Shown: piece after piece, positions 1 through 12,096 of the stretch
How the letters are laid out: each line of letters starts with the position of its first letter
How positions within the stretch are numbered: the first letter of the stretch is position 1
Origin: Anthoceros angustus
Lineage: Eukaryota > Plantae > Anthocerotophyta
NCBI GenBank assembly: GCA_010909165.1
Contig: VJWM01000019.1
Span: 186,001-250,000, forward strand
DNA: 64,000 nucleotides
Direction of reading: 5' to 3'
Made by a program: the position numbers and the translations under genes
Notes under the pieces: model-generated
Seen by the model: the letters and a program-made list of their open reading frames with translations, nothing else
The model's database searches: none
What the model was told of the DNA's origin: nothing

Positions 1-280
1 TTATATTAATTAAGTTCATGCATATTGGTCATAAGTTAATCATTATGTTTTCTTCTCGAAAAAATATTGCTCATAGGCTAGCTAGCTAAAAGTTTCGAGT
101 TCTAGGTAGATGCAAGCATGTTTGTTCACATTGAGGTTTCTTTTATTCATGTGTTTGGAATTAGTTTGCGTGCAAGTTGTTTTTATGTGTAAATTGGAAT
201 ATATAAGGTGCTCATTGATGAAGCATAATTTAATATGGTCTTTTGGTTATATGCAGATTGTCTATTCTTATACTTTCATC

Positions 281-760
281 ATGATGAATCACGGATGTTG
301 CGCAGGACGACAATTTCCTCGTTTGATGCTTCAAAAGAATGAATTGCCTTTATTGCAGCCAAATGAAACTTGGGAGGGGCTCCCATATGCAAGCACCATT
401 TCCAAGCAAGGATGATGTATGGAAAAGGGTCATAACGAGTCATCACACACTTGCAAAGAATATTTATAAGGATTTTATCAATCCGTGTCTCTTATAGCAC
501 CAATTGGGTTTCTTAAATCGAGCAACATCCCGGAGTTCACTAGTAGGCGCAATTGAAGACTTATGTGAAAGAGCATTATCCGGAGATGCAAGATTATGCC
601 CATGAGTTTATTAATTCCTTTCAAAGGAGAGTACCAAATCCAAACTCACATGCGGAAAATTGGTGGCAGTGCAACTTATGACCACCCTTGCATCCTTTTA
701 GGAGCTTGACACAAGACCAAGGCTGAGGCGATCATGCAATCTAAGAACTTGAGAGATGCC
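281..760 (+). pseudogene. Degenerate copy of the unknown ORF family at 47428 and 53489
   Basis: Across frameshifts it translates to FPRL..ELPLLQPNETWEGLPYA/PFPSKDDVWKRV...IAPIGFLKS...QLKTYVKEHYPEMQDYAHEF...YDHPCILLG. This is colinear with FPSF..ELPIVELGETWEGYPYAPKPFPGKDDKWTRI...IAPRAFLKS...KLTKYVREHYPELKEYAHEL...YDRPCILLG. The upstream sequence is also similar. Confidence 0.8.
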
Positions 761-1034
761 AATCCTACAAACCTGTACTCTCTGCATCGCCATTGCAATG
801 ACTTCCAATTTACTTGAGAACGATGAATCACTGGTACCCTTCCCGTTGAGGATACTAAGCAACATCAAGCTGGTTCAATCAATGGTGAAGATCTACTTGC
901 GGCGGTGATGTGTCGCCAAAAGGCTAGAAAACTTGAAGTCAATGCCTCTTCTAAGAAAACTCGAAACCTAGAGTCAACGAGATTCGACTTTTGAATTACC
1001 TTCTAATGCGGCTCAACAAGGACTTTGTTTCAAG

Positions 1035-1430
1035 TTACTAGATGATGGTATTTCACCTCATATGTCTCTAGAGAGCTTTCCTCCCATTTCAAAAGATGGT
1101 TTGTGTGGTTCTTCTCAAGAGAGGTGGAAGAACTTGAAGCCAACATAGGTTCAACTTTAGATTTGCTTCTAATGCGGTTGAAAAGATGATGCTTCCGCTT
1201 AGCAAATGATGATTTTCCAACCTCTCATCGCCTCAGAGCTTTCCTTCCATCTCGAATATAGTTTGTGTGGTTGTTCTCCAAAGAAGGTGGAAGAACATGA
1301 GGTCATTATAGGATCACTTATGAATATCCTACTCTGCGACTCAAGAAGGCAATGGGGTCAAGTTACAAAATGATGGTTCTCCAACTCGTCGCCTCATCTG
1401 AGTCCTTCCATGCTAGAAGAAGGTTTGTTA
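1035..1430. repeat. Imperfect tandem repeat, about 2.5 units of 170-190 bp
   Basis: Recurring GATGAT..TT..A.CTC.....CCTC.AGAGCTTTCC...TTTGTGTGGTT.TTCTC..AGA.GGTGGAAGAAC at about 1040, 1207 and (partial) 1372. Confidence 0.6.
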
Positions 1431-2012
1431 CAAGATGGTGCATCTCTTTCTACTCTAGATCGCTCAGTGAGCCACTTGCTTCCGCTATAGATAATGCTTT
1501 TAGAGAAGGTTTGGCACACATGTTGAATCTTATGCTGCAATCTAATGGTGAGTCAAATTCTTGCCTTCAGAGGATGTTTTCTCGCCTAATTCCTCTTTTG
1601 ATGATATCTTTAGAATTTTCATGATTAATTAGTATGTAACCCGGTTATATGATGTATTTCAACTTTCTTTTAATATATGAAAATATTCTAAATAAGTTGG
1701 TCAAGCTATGATAAATAAAAGAATTTAGAGTTTTGCATCCGGAAAGGACCCAAACAATTCATCACAGTCACCTTATAAATAGAACTATATACCATAAGTT
1801 CCCAACATCATAATATGAGTAGAAGTACGCCTACATAAAAGTTGATTGCAGATGTGACAGGTTTGGCCCAAAATTATGTATAAACCAAAGATAAGTATTG
1901 TAGTATGTACTTTGACAACTTCGTCTATGCCACTTCCGCCACACATGTACATATTTGCTGGGCGTTGGGAATCTGGGAAATTGTAGTGCTGCGGCTGCAG
2001 AGGTGTCGGGTA

Positions 2013-2666
2013 ATGGCTATGGCGGAGGAGGCAAAAGTGGTGGTGTTCTCGCACAGGCACAGCTCCTGCTCCTGGCGTGTGAGGCTGGCTCTGGCGCTGA
2101 AGGCCATTCCCTTCCGTATCGAAGTGGTTGATCTTCGCAAAGAGCATCAGTTCACGCCCCGCTTCAACCGCCTCAACCCCTTCTGTAAGGTGCCAGTCCT
2201 GGCCATGGACGGCGCCGCCATCCCCGACTCCAACGCCTGCCTGGAGTACCTGGAGGAGCGCTTCCCGGACCGCCGCCCCCTCCTCCCCCATGACCTCCGG
2301 CAGCGCGCGGCGGTGCGCGCGGCGGTCGCCGTCGTGGTGTCGGGGATCCAGCCCTTCCAGAACGGCAGGCTGCTGCTGGAGGTCGCGGCCCGGGAGGGGG
2401 AGCAGGCCAGGCTCGCCTGGGCTCGGCGCTACGTCCAGGAGGGCTTCGCCGCGCTGGAGCGCATGGTGGCGGAGAGCGCCGGGAGGTTCTGCTTCGGGGA
2501 TGAGGTGACCCTGGCGGATGTGGTGCTGATCCCGCAGGTTTACAATGCGCGATCGTTCGAGGTGGACATGGAGAAGTTCCCCACCCTGCGGAGGGTCTCG
2601 GACGCGCTGTTCCAGCTCCCGGAGGTGCAGGCCACCGCGCCCGACAAGCATCCGGGAGACCCTTGA
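2013..2666 (+). CDS. GSTZ: Glutathione S-transferase zeta class (maleylacetoacetate isomerase-like), intronless
   Basis: SSCSWRVR active-site motif, LNP..KVP, IPDS, SGIQP.QN, FCFGDEVTLADV.LIPQVYNA and a PDKHP C-terminus. One uninterrupted ORF; start ATG at 2013 or 2019. Confidence 0.93.
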   Translation: MAMAEEAKVVVFSHRHSSCSWRVRLALALKAIPFRIEVVDLRKEHQFTPRFNRLNPFCKVPVLAMDGAAIPDSNACLEYLEERFPDRRPLLPHDLRQRAAVRAAVAVVVSGIQPFQNGRLLLEVAAREGEQARLAWARRYVQEGFAALERMVAESAGRFCFGDEVTLADVVLIPQVYNARSFEVDMEKFPTLRRVSDALFQLPEVQATAPDKHPGDP

Positions 2667-5600
2667 TGTGCCGCCCAACTCCGGGGCCGGTCACTGGAAA
2701 GTGGGTTCTGGCCGTGACACGGACGTCTACACTCTCCGTCATGACCTGGATGCGAGATGCCTCGGGATCCAGGGAGATGTGCCCGGATCCCTTCGAGATG
2801 GGTGTTTGCATCGACCAGCCATCTCGGCTGACCAGCCCTGGCGATGACTTGTGTCTTCGCTGTGTTTTATTTGTCTGGAATCAGGATTTGCGCTACGCAT
2901 TATGCCATGCTGTGTGCTGCTCACCAGGCCGGTTCTGAAGTCCTTCTTGAGAGGCCGCTGCTGGCAAAAGGGCAAGGGTGAAGGCATGCAGGAGGAGATG
3001 AGGCGAAGGATCAAGCATTCTGTTGTTGTCAGCCGACTGTGTTGCTGTTAGTACTGGGTTCCTTTGTGGGGACAGTGGCGGGTGCATCTGAGGAACGCCT
3101 TCATCGGGCAGGTCTGTACTCGATGAGTTTTGAGCTTGGCTCTTGGTTTCTCTTGCCACTGTGGGCTAACACTGTCAACACTGTAAAAGCAGGTGCCGGC
3201 AATGCGCCGGTCCACACCCATCTGCATGATGTGATCACCAGGGAGTGGTCTTCCCAAGTCCTCGCGATGAGGCTCTTCAGTTGTCGCCAGAAATCGGAAG
3301 TTCTTACTTGGGATGCACCGGCGAAGCTTCATCCGCGCGTCATCAACCACGCAGGGCACACACACAGTCGGTGTATCACAAACTTCTGTTTCAGACATGG
3401 ACTTATATCCCTCGCCAAAGATCTGTTCCCCTTAGCCCACCCACGCCACATGTCCACTAACAATTCTCCTTAGCCCATGGCCAACCCTCCCACATGGCCA
3501 CTAACAATTCCCCTCGCCCGTCCATCCCAGTAGCGATTCAAGAATATGAGGTTGACACCGAAACGTTGCTTGGAAGTAGCATGGGCATACCTGAATCCAT
3601 GGTCGGTCCTACCTTCCTATGACCGGTCCACCAAGGCAGACATTCGTCTAAAGAAAATTAACACGGCAGACATTGGGCAGGTTGTGACAAGTTCCACAGA
3701 TACTCACGAATGCCGATCATCTCGAGTGCCTTCCATGTGCCTCCGTCAAGTGACACGAGCAAAAAGCTTTGATGGGCGAATGTGTAGTGGCCATCACTTC
3801 GAAAGACTTTTTCAGTCATCCGGCTTGCTTCTCAATTGGTCGTTTGCTCGCTACGAATCCCCTGAGATACAGTGCCAGGAGAGGTAGTCGAGGCTCCAGC
3901 AGAGCAATCCATGAGGGCAAGCAAAGAGTGTGTGCGTGAAGCTATGCTTGCATTCCTCTTGCTCCGTACCCCGGATGAATTCCATGAGGCCCACTTCTCG
4001 GTAGCCCACATGACGACTGTGGGACGTGACCTTCCACCGAAGCATAAGAAGACATCAGAGTACAAGTTCCAAGAGATCAAAAGCATCAAAAAAAGTTGAT
4101 CTCGGGAGTCGGAGCCAATGGTGTAGTACGACGTGATTTGCATGCGCCTTCCGTATCCGCACCTTTTGCAAACCGCAACCGCGCAACCCGCATGCCAGCT
4201 AGTAAGGTAGCACATATGGCGCTCTGGAGTGGGACGCTTCAAACTTCACAATATCTTGCGGTTCAATGTCGTTGATAGTTGATCGAGGGTGCTGTTCATG
4301 TGCCTCTGGTACTACTATGGGGGGCATTTCCAAGCGTTTTGTTTGTTGGCTGCTGGTGAGCTGGACTAATGAGCTGCATGCTACGAAGAGGCAGAATCAT
4401 CCCAGAGCCCCATGAGCTCGAATCGAGTACTTGCCTCGAGGGGTGCATTCAAGCATTCTGCTTGGGCATGCCGTGGTCGTGGTCGTCTCCAGATATTTTC
4501 TTTGGAGGCACGAGGTATGACTGAACATGATCTCTGTGACTAAGATGCGCGGGAGATGATATTCTGCCGGGCCAGGGGAATAGTGACTCCAAATCAGCTG
4601 TGGGCTGGCATAAAACGACGGTGGGCAGAAGCTGAGAATGCTAAACTGGAGGAGCCCTTGCTATGCTAGACTTCGCTGAGATACGCTGTCCCAGAGAAAT
4701 TGTAACTGCATATTTCAGCTTTGGGCTACCAGCATAGGAAACTTTGAGCAAATTGGAAAGCCTGTTGTATATACCGGTGGGGGTTGCCAAATTGTTGACG
4801 CCCTGCTCTCCACGGCTGGAGGTGCAAGGACACGCAGAGATAAGTAGGAATATGACACAGGCGTACCAACCACCTAAAAGTAAGGCTGTCACACCGCCCG
4901 CTTTACAGCTCCTTTGCCTGCTCTTTCTGTCTTGATTTATTGACCTTGCACGACCAGCTTTGTTGACTGCACAATGCCAGCCTTCTATTTGAGAAAAAGT
5001 TGCTCCTGTTGATGAGTCATGTTTGATGACAATCCTGATTCCTCAGATGAACACCTTGGATCTTTGCTAGCAACTGGGTAGATGCAAGTTTGAGAATGGG
5101 GATAACACAAGCGCAGAATGTAATTGTGCTCGTCTGGCTGCTTGTTTGCCTCTTGTCGGGCTTCGTTTCCAGGGCACTTACAACTCAGCAACCTCTCCAA
5201 GTTCCGACAGGTAGCCTTCAATGTCTCTTGCCAGCTCCTGAATTCCCCTCTGTCCACGTGTGCTAACAGACATTGTGGGCTGTGTGCAGGGGCACCTTTT
5301 CAGCGACAGGAGAGATTCAACAAACACAAGCCTCCTTCAGCTAACCGGAGTGAGAAACTCAGCCTATTTGTGTCAGCAAAGGAACATGGGAAGCACCCCA
5401 TTCGAGGGTCCCCCAGCTATGCTTCGTCCACCCCTGTCCAAGCACGCAGGACAGCTTTTGAGAGGGTGTGCTATCTTCTCGACCGGCCCGATTGCAATTC
5501 CTGGCACAGGATAATCATACCCTTGCCTCGCCTAGTCCCTCGCCCAAGATTACTCCCCCGTGCCCCACCCACCCCCCATGGCAGGCTACCACCAGATGAT

Positions 5601-6594
5601 AGGATGGAAACCGAGCCTCTGCCTCTGCCTCTGACAGAGCCCTCGCCCTAATCCAATCCCGTGGTGTGCCATGGCCAATGCTGTGTGCCCGCAACAACAG
5701 AACTCATCTCTTCTAGTAACCCTGCATCAATTCATCCGAATTTCACAGCAGGCGTGTGTGCGATAGAGTTGCTACTTAGCATCTGATACCAAATTGTCTA
5801 GCTTCAGATAGAATCTGTGGCAGACTACCTGGCCTGGGTGCTTGGTGTCTCCACCGAAGGTATTAAACCCAAAGCTGTGTTCAGGCTCACCAATAATCAG
5901 ATGAACATGCACCAACTCAAGCAAGCCGCTGTCACAGCACCAGATCTGGAGGAAATCCTGCAGAGAGAATATTTTTGCTAGAACCTACGGGGGTCATCCT
6001 TCAAACTAAGGATCCCGGGCTGTTAGTACAGCTTGCACCAAAAAGCAGAATCTTGCACCAAAAAGCTGAAACTTTCCTCCGACACGGCCATGGTAGGATA
6101 GGACTAGGCGTGTCCACGAGAGCAGAAATGAAACTCCAACTTGGCCTGCAAATCCTCAGCTACCGACCCACCCTCCTCTTTATCTGCACAGCCCTCCGGA
6201 TCCATGTGGGCCAGTTTTGCACATGGCATTCGTGCGCCATAGCATCGTTTTGTAGCATCGGGTAGGAATCTGTCACACTCTCCCCTCCCAGTGTGTGACC
6301 GGGCCGCCCACACCCGCTTCAATAATGCATGCCACTTCAAGCAAGGGAAAATATTTTTTATGCCGCGCCTGCCTGCAGGAGTCTCTCAGCAATCAGTGAG
6401 CCATGAGGATTCCCCGCTCCCTTGCAGACACCAGAGCCAATGGGGTTGGATTCCTTTAAATCCGAGCTGCCGCTCAAACAGTCTGAGGAGCAGCAGCTTC
6501 CTGCAACCCTCTTGCAAGAGTCCGGGCCAACATACGTCTCGAGCACGGTGAGACGACTTCTTCAGCATTGTCGAGCGTCTTGGGAGGCGGAGCC

Positions 6595-7194
6595 ATGGCA
6601 GGCAAGGCGGCTCTGCAGCTGGTGCTGTGTGCCCTGCTGCTGCAGCTGGTGACGCGCCCGGTGGCGGCCTACTTCACGTACACGCTGAACGTGTACGCGC
6701 ACCTGACGCTGGGGGGGTCGTCGCCCACGGAGATTGCCGTGGCGCCCTACAACCAGCCGTACGGCTTCGGCTCCATCATCGTGGCGGATGACGTGCTCAC
6801 CAGCGGGCAGGCCGGCAACACCAAGGTGGTGGGGCGGGTGAAGGGGCTGGGCGCGAACACGGACGGCGACAAGGGCATCCTCAACTCCTCGCTCTACCTC
6901 ACCTTCTTCATCGACTACCTGGGATTCAAGGGCACCGTGGTGGTGGTCGGCACCAGCGTCCGCTCTGATACCGTCCGCCCCTTCGCCATCGTGGGCGGCA
7001 CCGGCGACTTCCTCCTCGCCCAGGGCCAGGCCACGCAGAAGACCGTCGCCGTCGACCCGACCTCCGACGGCGGCGTCAGCACCACCAACCTCTGGTCCTT
7101 CACCTTCTACTTCGAACTCTTCCACCCGGCCCTCGCCCAGCTCTCCTCTGACCTCGCCCTCGACGGCGAGACCCCCGTCTGGAACATTGTCTGA
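6595..7194 (+). CDS. DIR: Dirigent-family protein (DIR1), secreted
   Basis: N-terminal signal peptide; FGSIIVADDVLT, VVGRVKG and RPFAIVGGTGDFLLAQG match dirigent motifs; intronless. Confidence 0.9.
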   Translation: MAGKAALQLVLCALLLQLVTRPVAAYFTYTLNVYAHLTLGGSSPTEIAVAPYNQPYGFGSIIVADDVLTSGQAGNTKVVGRVKGLGANTDGDKGILNSSLYLTFFIDYLGFKGTVVVVGTSVRSDTVRPFAIVGGTGDFLLAQGQATQKTVAVDPTSDGGVSTTNLWSFTFYFELFHPALAQLSSDLALDGETPVWNIV

Positions 7195-9415
7195 TTCTCC
7201 TCCGCCATAGCCACGCCCGTCTACGAGCTTCCGAATCGACGACTGAAGGACGCCGACCTCCGGACGTCGATGACGACTACCACCGCCCGTGTAAATTCTG
7301 TGCTTCATACTTCTTTAGAGATATTAGGGATATACTTCCCATTCTTTCTCTTCCGGGCAAGAAGAAGGAGGAAGGCTTGAGGAAGGCATCCTTTGAGTGC
7401 TTTTCTAACTACCACCTGGCTTGGCCTAAGTGTGACTAGACATCCTCGTGGCCATGGGGCGCACCTCGATGTCATTTGCAGGACGCCAGAGTCCTCCAGC
7501 GTCCTGCAAATCGTTTATCTCCTTAGCGATCAAAGTGTGACGCCTTCCCTTTGCCCTTCTTCGTTGCGAAAGGCGCATGAGGGAAATGTCTATCCAACCA
7601 CATGTATATACGTGTCATTTCTCTCACATCGTGACCGTGTCTGACGCTCCGGCAGTGCAATAATGCAGCACCGAGGGCCGCACAAAGATGCTCTGCTCTG
7701 ACAGGAAGCTCTGCAACGGAAGGTCTAACAATTGTGCTATAAATCCCTGAGTTCTGTACATCATAACGCGCTAACCTCGCTTCTGATTCTGTGCTGCAGT
7801 GATGGCTAGAGTTTCAGGCCTCCTGCTCTCGGCATTGGCGTTCGTGCTGGTGACAGCGGCCTCGGAGCAGATTGGGGAGCTTACATTACATACACCTTGC
7901 CTTTGTATGTGCATTTGAGGTCGGGGTTCCGCGCCCACGGAGGTGACGGTGGCGCTGTACAACAACACGTTCGGGTTCAGGGCGTTGCTGGTGGCGGACG
8001 ACTACATCTCGGCCGGGAGCGACATCACCTCGGACGCTGTAGGGCGGGTGAAGGGCTCAGGGCGAACACGGACCAGAGCAACCAGGGTCAGAACTCGTCG
8101 CTCTACCTCACATTCCTCATCAGCTACCAGGGCATCAACGGGACGGTGATCATCATCGGCACCAGCGTGCGGAGCGAGACGGTGCGGCCGTTCGCCATCG
8201 TGGGCGGCACCGGCGACTTCCTCCTCGCCCAGGGCCAGGCCACGCAGAAGACCGTCGCCGTCGACCCGACCTCCGACGGCGGCGTCAGCACCACCAACCT
8301 CTGGTCCTTCACCTTCTACTTCGAACTCTTCCACCCGGCCTCGCCCAGCTCTCCTCTGACCTCGCCCTCGACGGCGAGACCCCGTCTGGAACATTGTCTG
8401 ATTCTCCTCCGCCATAGCCACGCCCGTCTACGAGCTTCCGAATCGACGACTGAAGGACGCCGACCTCCGGACGTCGATGACGACTACCACCGCCCGTGTA
8501 AATTCTGTGCTTCATACTTCTTTAGAGATATTAGGGATATACTTCCCATTCTTTCTCTTCCGGGCAAGAAGAAGGAGGAAGGCTTGAGGAAGGCATCCTT
8601 TGAGTGCTTTTCTAACTACCACCTGGCTTGGCCTAAGTGTGACTAGACATCCTCGTGGCCATGGGGCGCACCTCGATGTCATTTGCAGGACGCCAGAGTC
8701 CCTCCAGCGTCCTGCAAATCGTTTATCTCCTTAGCGATCAAAGTGTGACGCCTTCCCTTTTGCCCTTCTTCGTTGCGAAAGGCGCATGAGGGAAATGTCT
8801 ATCCAACCACATGTATATACGTGTCATTTCTCTCACATCGTGACCGTGTCTGACGCTCCGGCAGTGCAATAATGCAGCACCGAGGGCCGCACAAAGATGC
8901 TCTGCTCTGACAGGAAGCTCTGCAACGGAAGGTCTAACAATTGTGCTATAAATCCCTGAGTTCTGTACATCATAACGCGCTAACCTCGCTTCTGATTCTG
9001 TGCTGCAGTGATGGCTAGAGTTTCAGGCCTCCTGCTCTCGGCATTGGCGTTCGTGCTGGTGACAGCGGCCTCGGAGCAGATTGGGGGAGCTTACATTACA
9101 TACACCTTGCCTTTGTATGTGCATTTGAGGTCGGGGGGTTCCGCGCCCACGGAGGTGACGGTGGCGCTGTACAACAACACGTTCGGGTTCGGGGCGTTGC
9201 TGGTGGCGGACGACTACATCTCGGCCGGGAGCGACATCACCTCGGACGCTGTAGGGCGGGTGAAGGGGCTCGGGGCGAACACGGACCAGAGCAACCAGGG
9301 TCAGAACTCGTCGCTCTACCTCACATTCCTCATCAGCTACCAGGGCATCAACGGGACGGTGATCATCATCGGCACCAGCGTGCGGAGCGAGACGGTGCGG
9401 CCGTTCGCCATCGTG
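6980..9415. repeat. About 1.21 kb near-perfect tandem duplication spanning the DIR1 3' end, the spacer and the DIR2 5' part
   Basis: Sequence from about 6980 to 8204 recurs at about 8191-9415, differing mostly by single-base homopolymer indels. Confidence 0.93.
7802..8401 (+). pseudogene. DIR: Chimeric dirigent copy (DIR2 N-terminal part fused to DIR1 C-terminal part), frameshifted
   Basis: Matches DIR2 up to the shared TTCGCCATCGTGGG (8191-8204) and DIR1 thereafter. Single-base deletions in G runs and elsewhere break the frame. Confidence 0.88.
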
Positions 9416-9625
9416 GGGGGGACCGGGGATTTTCTCCTGGCCAAGGGTTTTGCCACGCAGCAGAAGATCACCTCCGTTGTGAATGTGGACGGCAGCAGCA
9501 ACACCACCAATCTCTGGACGCTCACCCTCTACTACGACCTTTTCACCCCGCCCGTGGCCAAGCTTGCTGCTGCTAACTGGGGCACGCTGGAGCGCGCTCC
9601 CGCGCTGCAAATGGTGGTGTCGTGA
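9011..9625 (+). CDS. DIR: Dirigent-family protein (DIR2), secreted
   Basis: Signal peptide; FGALLVADDYIS, VGRVKG and RPFAIVGGTGDFLLAKG; intact intronless ORF. Confidence 0.9.
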   Translation: MARVSGLLLSALAFVLVTAASEQIGGAYITYTLPLYVHLRSGGSAPTEVTVALYNNTFGFGALLVADDYISAGSDITSDAVGRVKGLGANTDQSNQGQNSSLYLTFLISYQGINGTVIIIGTSVRSETVRPFAIVGGTGDFLLAKGFATQQKITSVVNVDGSSNTTNLWTLTLYYDLFTPPVAKLAAANWGTLERAPALQMVVS

Positions 9626-11009
9626 GAGTCTGTGGGATTGTATGGTGGAAGGAGGTGCGCCTTGAAGGATTTGAGTGGAAGGTGGTACCGACTCCGTTCA
9701 GCGTTTTAGAGTGTTTTTGTATAGGTAGGTAGTCTACATCCTCCATGCCTGGAGGTTAACCAGAAGGAGCTGCCTTCCAGCAGCCTTGTGTTCGTCCATG
9801 GCCATTGCTGATGCATGTCTAACGATGCATCTGTCTAACCCTAAAGCTACCGTGCCCTGTCCTGTACATCTTCATTCCACACACACACCGCGCCATAGAG
9901 CATTTGCCCCCTCCCTTCATAGAAGAACAAAGAAATGTCTATTACAATTCCCTTGGACGAAATTTTCCACTCATGACTTGGACTTGGTACTTGTACCATG
10001 ATGTATCTAAGCGAAGTGCACCAAGGACATCAACTTCGTCTAGGCACCCTATCTAATTGTGGATCTACATGCAGGACGCTTAATCATGGTATTTTTATAA
10101 ATATGTGTATTCCTTGAGCCATTTGGACCAGAAAAAATTATATAAGATTTATATAGTAAATGATGTGAAAAAAATTATGCAATCTCGGTTTATGTAGCAT
10201 ATATGAGGTAGATGATGAAGTTGGTCATTATGTAGTGTCTCACTTTGCAAATCCTGGGCTCAAATCTGGGCTAAGAAATAGCTTAGGCTTAAGTCTTAGA
10301 TATGCTCAAAACTTTTTTATTTTAGGGATTCCTCTTGTTTTTGCTATTTTGATAATATTTTCTTGTTGGAAAATTTTGATTAAATTTTTTATCGGTACTT
10401 AAATGGAGTGCCTAGATCATGACACATTTATAAGAACCCTTAGATGGGAACTTACATGAAGTGCCTAGACCATGGCACCATGAGATTCCTTACAGGCGTA
10501 TCCCATCCTATGGCACCAAATGGGTTCCTATGAAGTGCCTAGATTATGGCATGTATGGATTCTCTCCTTCAATGCATCACCGGGAAAATGGGAAATAGAT
10601 ACAAGGGCTCTCATATCATGTTGACAACCCTTGAGCGTGGGATAAGCAAGATTATAGAGCATGCAAGAGGAGTTGAGCAAAGCTTGAGAACTAAATTATA
10701 GAGCACACAAAATTAACTCAAATACATTGTTCAACATCTAACTCTAAATTATCAATTAGCTAACCCAACAGCTTATATAAGTAATGATTATTTCAATTAT
10801 GAATATTAAAGCATGTCCTGATAAAAAAAAATATTGATGGAAAAAAAATTATGGGAAAAACTCATCCTGCACAGGGCAACCAGGGGACCTGAGGGTTGAG
10901 GTGAAAATGAGCAATCAAGCTCCCTACCGGAAATCACCGACTGCACCTACGATGTCGTATGCGTGAAGAGTAAACGGCTGACAAACTACAGAGAAAAGGG
11001 AGGATGCGT

Positions 11010-11530
11010 TACCTGCTGTCGTCGATTTGTGGATAATCGCCGTGGAGAGGGCCCGTTGAAGAACAATTGAGACTCATTGCTTGAAGAACGCTGTGAATTA
11101 GGAAAGGGACTACCCCGCACCGTGCCTGCAGGCATGATAAGCCTTGGCGTAGGACTTGATGAATGTTTCGAAGTGCTTAGTAGCACCATACGCTTCAAGG
11201 GCGGGAATGAATTGGTGCTTGCATCCCACTATATTTTCTTGACTTTTGAGAGCCGCTCCGCGCCAGAAATTAGTATTAACATAGGCAGAGATAGTGTCAC
11301 GTCGGGTCAATGACCACCGTCATTGCTGGCCATGGTCATGGTATTGATCGACTTGTATGAAGAGTACATGTACTCAGCTCCCTCTAGGCCATGTAGCCAC
11401 TTTCACGAGCTATGGCGAACATGCCATCGCGGATGGCATCATGGGTGGCAATGCGATGACCCCATGGGCGAACAAGGTGTATTGCAGGTCATCGGCGATG
11501 AGCCGCATTCAAGGTTAAGAAGGAAGAAGC
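11010..11530 (-). mobile_element. CRE-like (restriction-like endonuclease) non-LTR retrotransposon 3' remnant, copy 1
   Basis: Duplicate of the 14270-14830 remnant: HQFIP.LE.YG, TFIKSYAKAYH, VSIVLQRALSTAII, ATHDAIRD. Confidence 0.65.
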
Positions 11531-11735
11531 CACAAGCAAGAGCGGGCCAAGATATTCACAGTCCAGAGATATATGTCCCTTTGTGTGCTATCAAAATTCC
11601 TTGACGTAAATCTAGGCGAGCCTGTGCGTCAGTATGCGCAACAAAACAAGGCCCACTCGACATATGGTCTACATACCAAGCTGGAAACATGATTCTTTGG
11701 GAAAGCAGTCCACGAGCCTGCACACAATGGAACAT

Positions 11736-11905
11736 AAGAAGAAGAAGAAGAAGAATTTTATTTAAGTCCACTAAGGACGAATTTCCGTCACGGGACTTGG
11801 TACTTACCAACTTGTACCTTGTGTGCCTAAGCTACTTGCACCAAGGGCATCCACTCCCTTTAGGCACCCCATCTAAGTACCGATCTAAGCTCAGGTTCTT
11901 ATAAA
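11736..11905 (-). mobile_element. Short element ending in the LINE-type 3' tail (hairpin + TAAATAAAA + (TTC)n); further copies at about 12633-12803 and 15033-15205
   Basis: About 45 nt plus the microsatellite tail is almost identical to the LINE 3' end at 19268-19325; the upstream part is unrelated to that LINE. Confidence 0.6.
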
Positions 11906-12096
11906 TGTGTGTCCATAAGCAATGGAGAATGAGCACATCAACATGTTGTAGGGCAGATAGGCAGGGCAAACGGCAGACAACAATCTCGGTTCCCCATTCC
12001 GCTCAGGGCATCCGGGAGTCGCAGCAGCTATCCTCGCTCTGCAGACTCAGAATTGCCAATTAGGGCGTTCTTAAATACATTGTCCTAAGAATCGCC

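Noticed and set aside
2013-2666. Bacterial contamination or recent HGT as the explanation for GSTZ
   Set aside because: The motifs are eukaryotic-type and the flanks are continuous with plant-like sequence; not fully excluded without a phylogeny.
1785-2811. Long antisense and alternate-frame ORFs over GSTZ (likewise over the DIR and CYP genes, e.g. 6562-7308, 9023-9610, 42273-43076)
   Set aside because: Shadow ORFs caused by high GC at third codon positions of the real genes.
3540-6000. Several short ORFs between GSTZ and DIR1
   Set aside because: No recognisable motifs or consistent splice structure; possibly decayed TE sequence.
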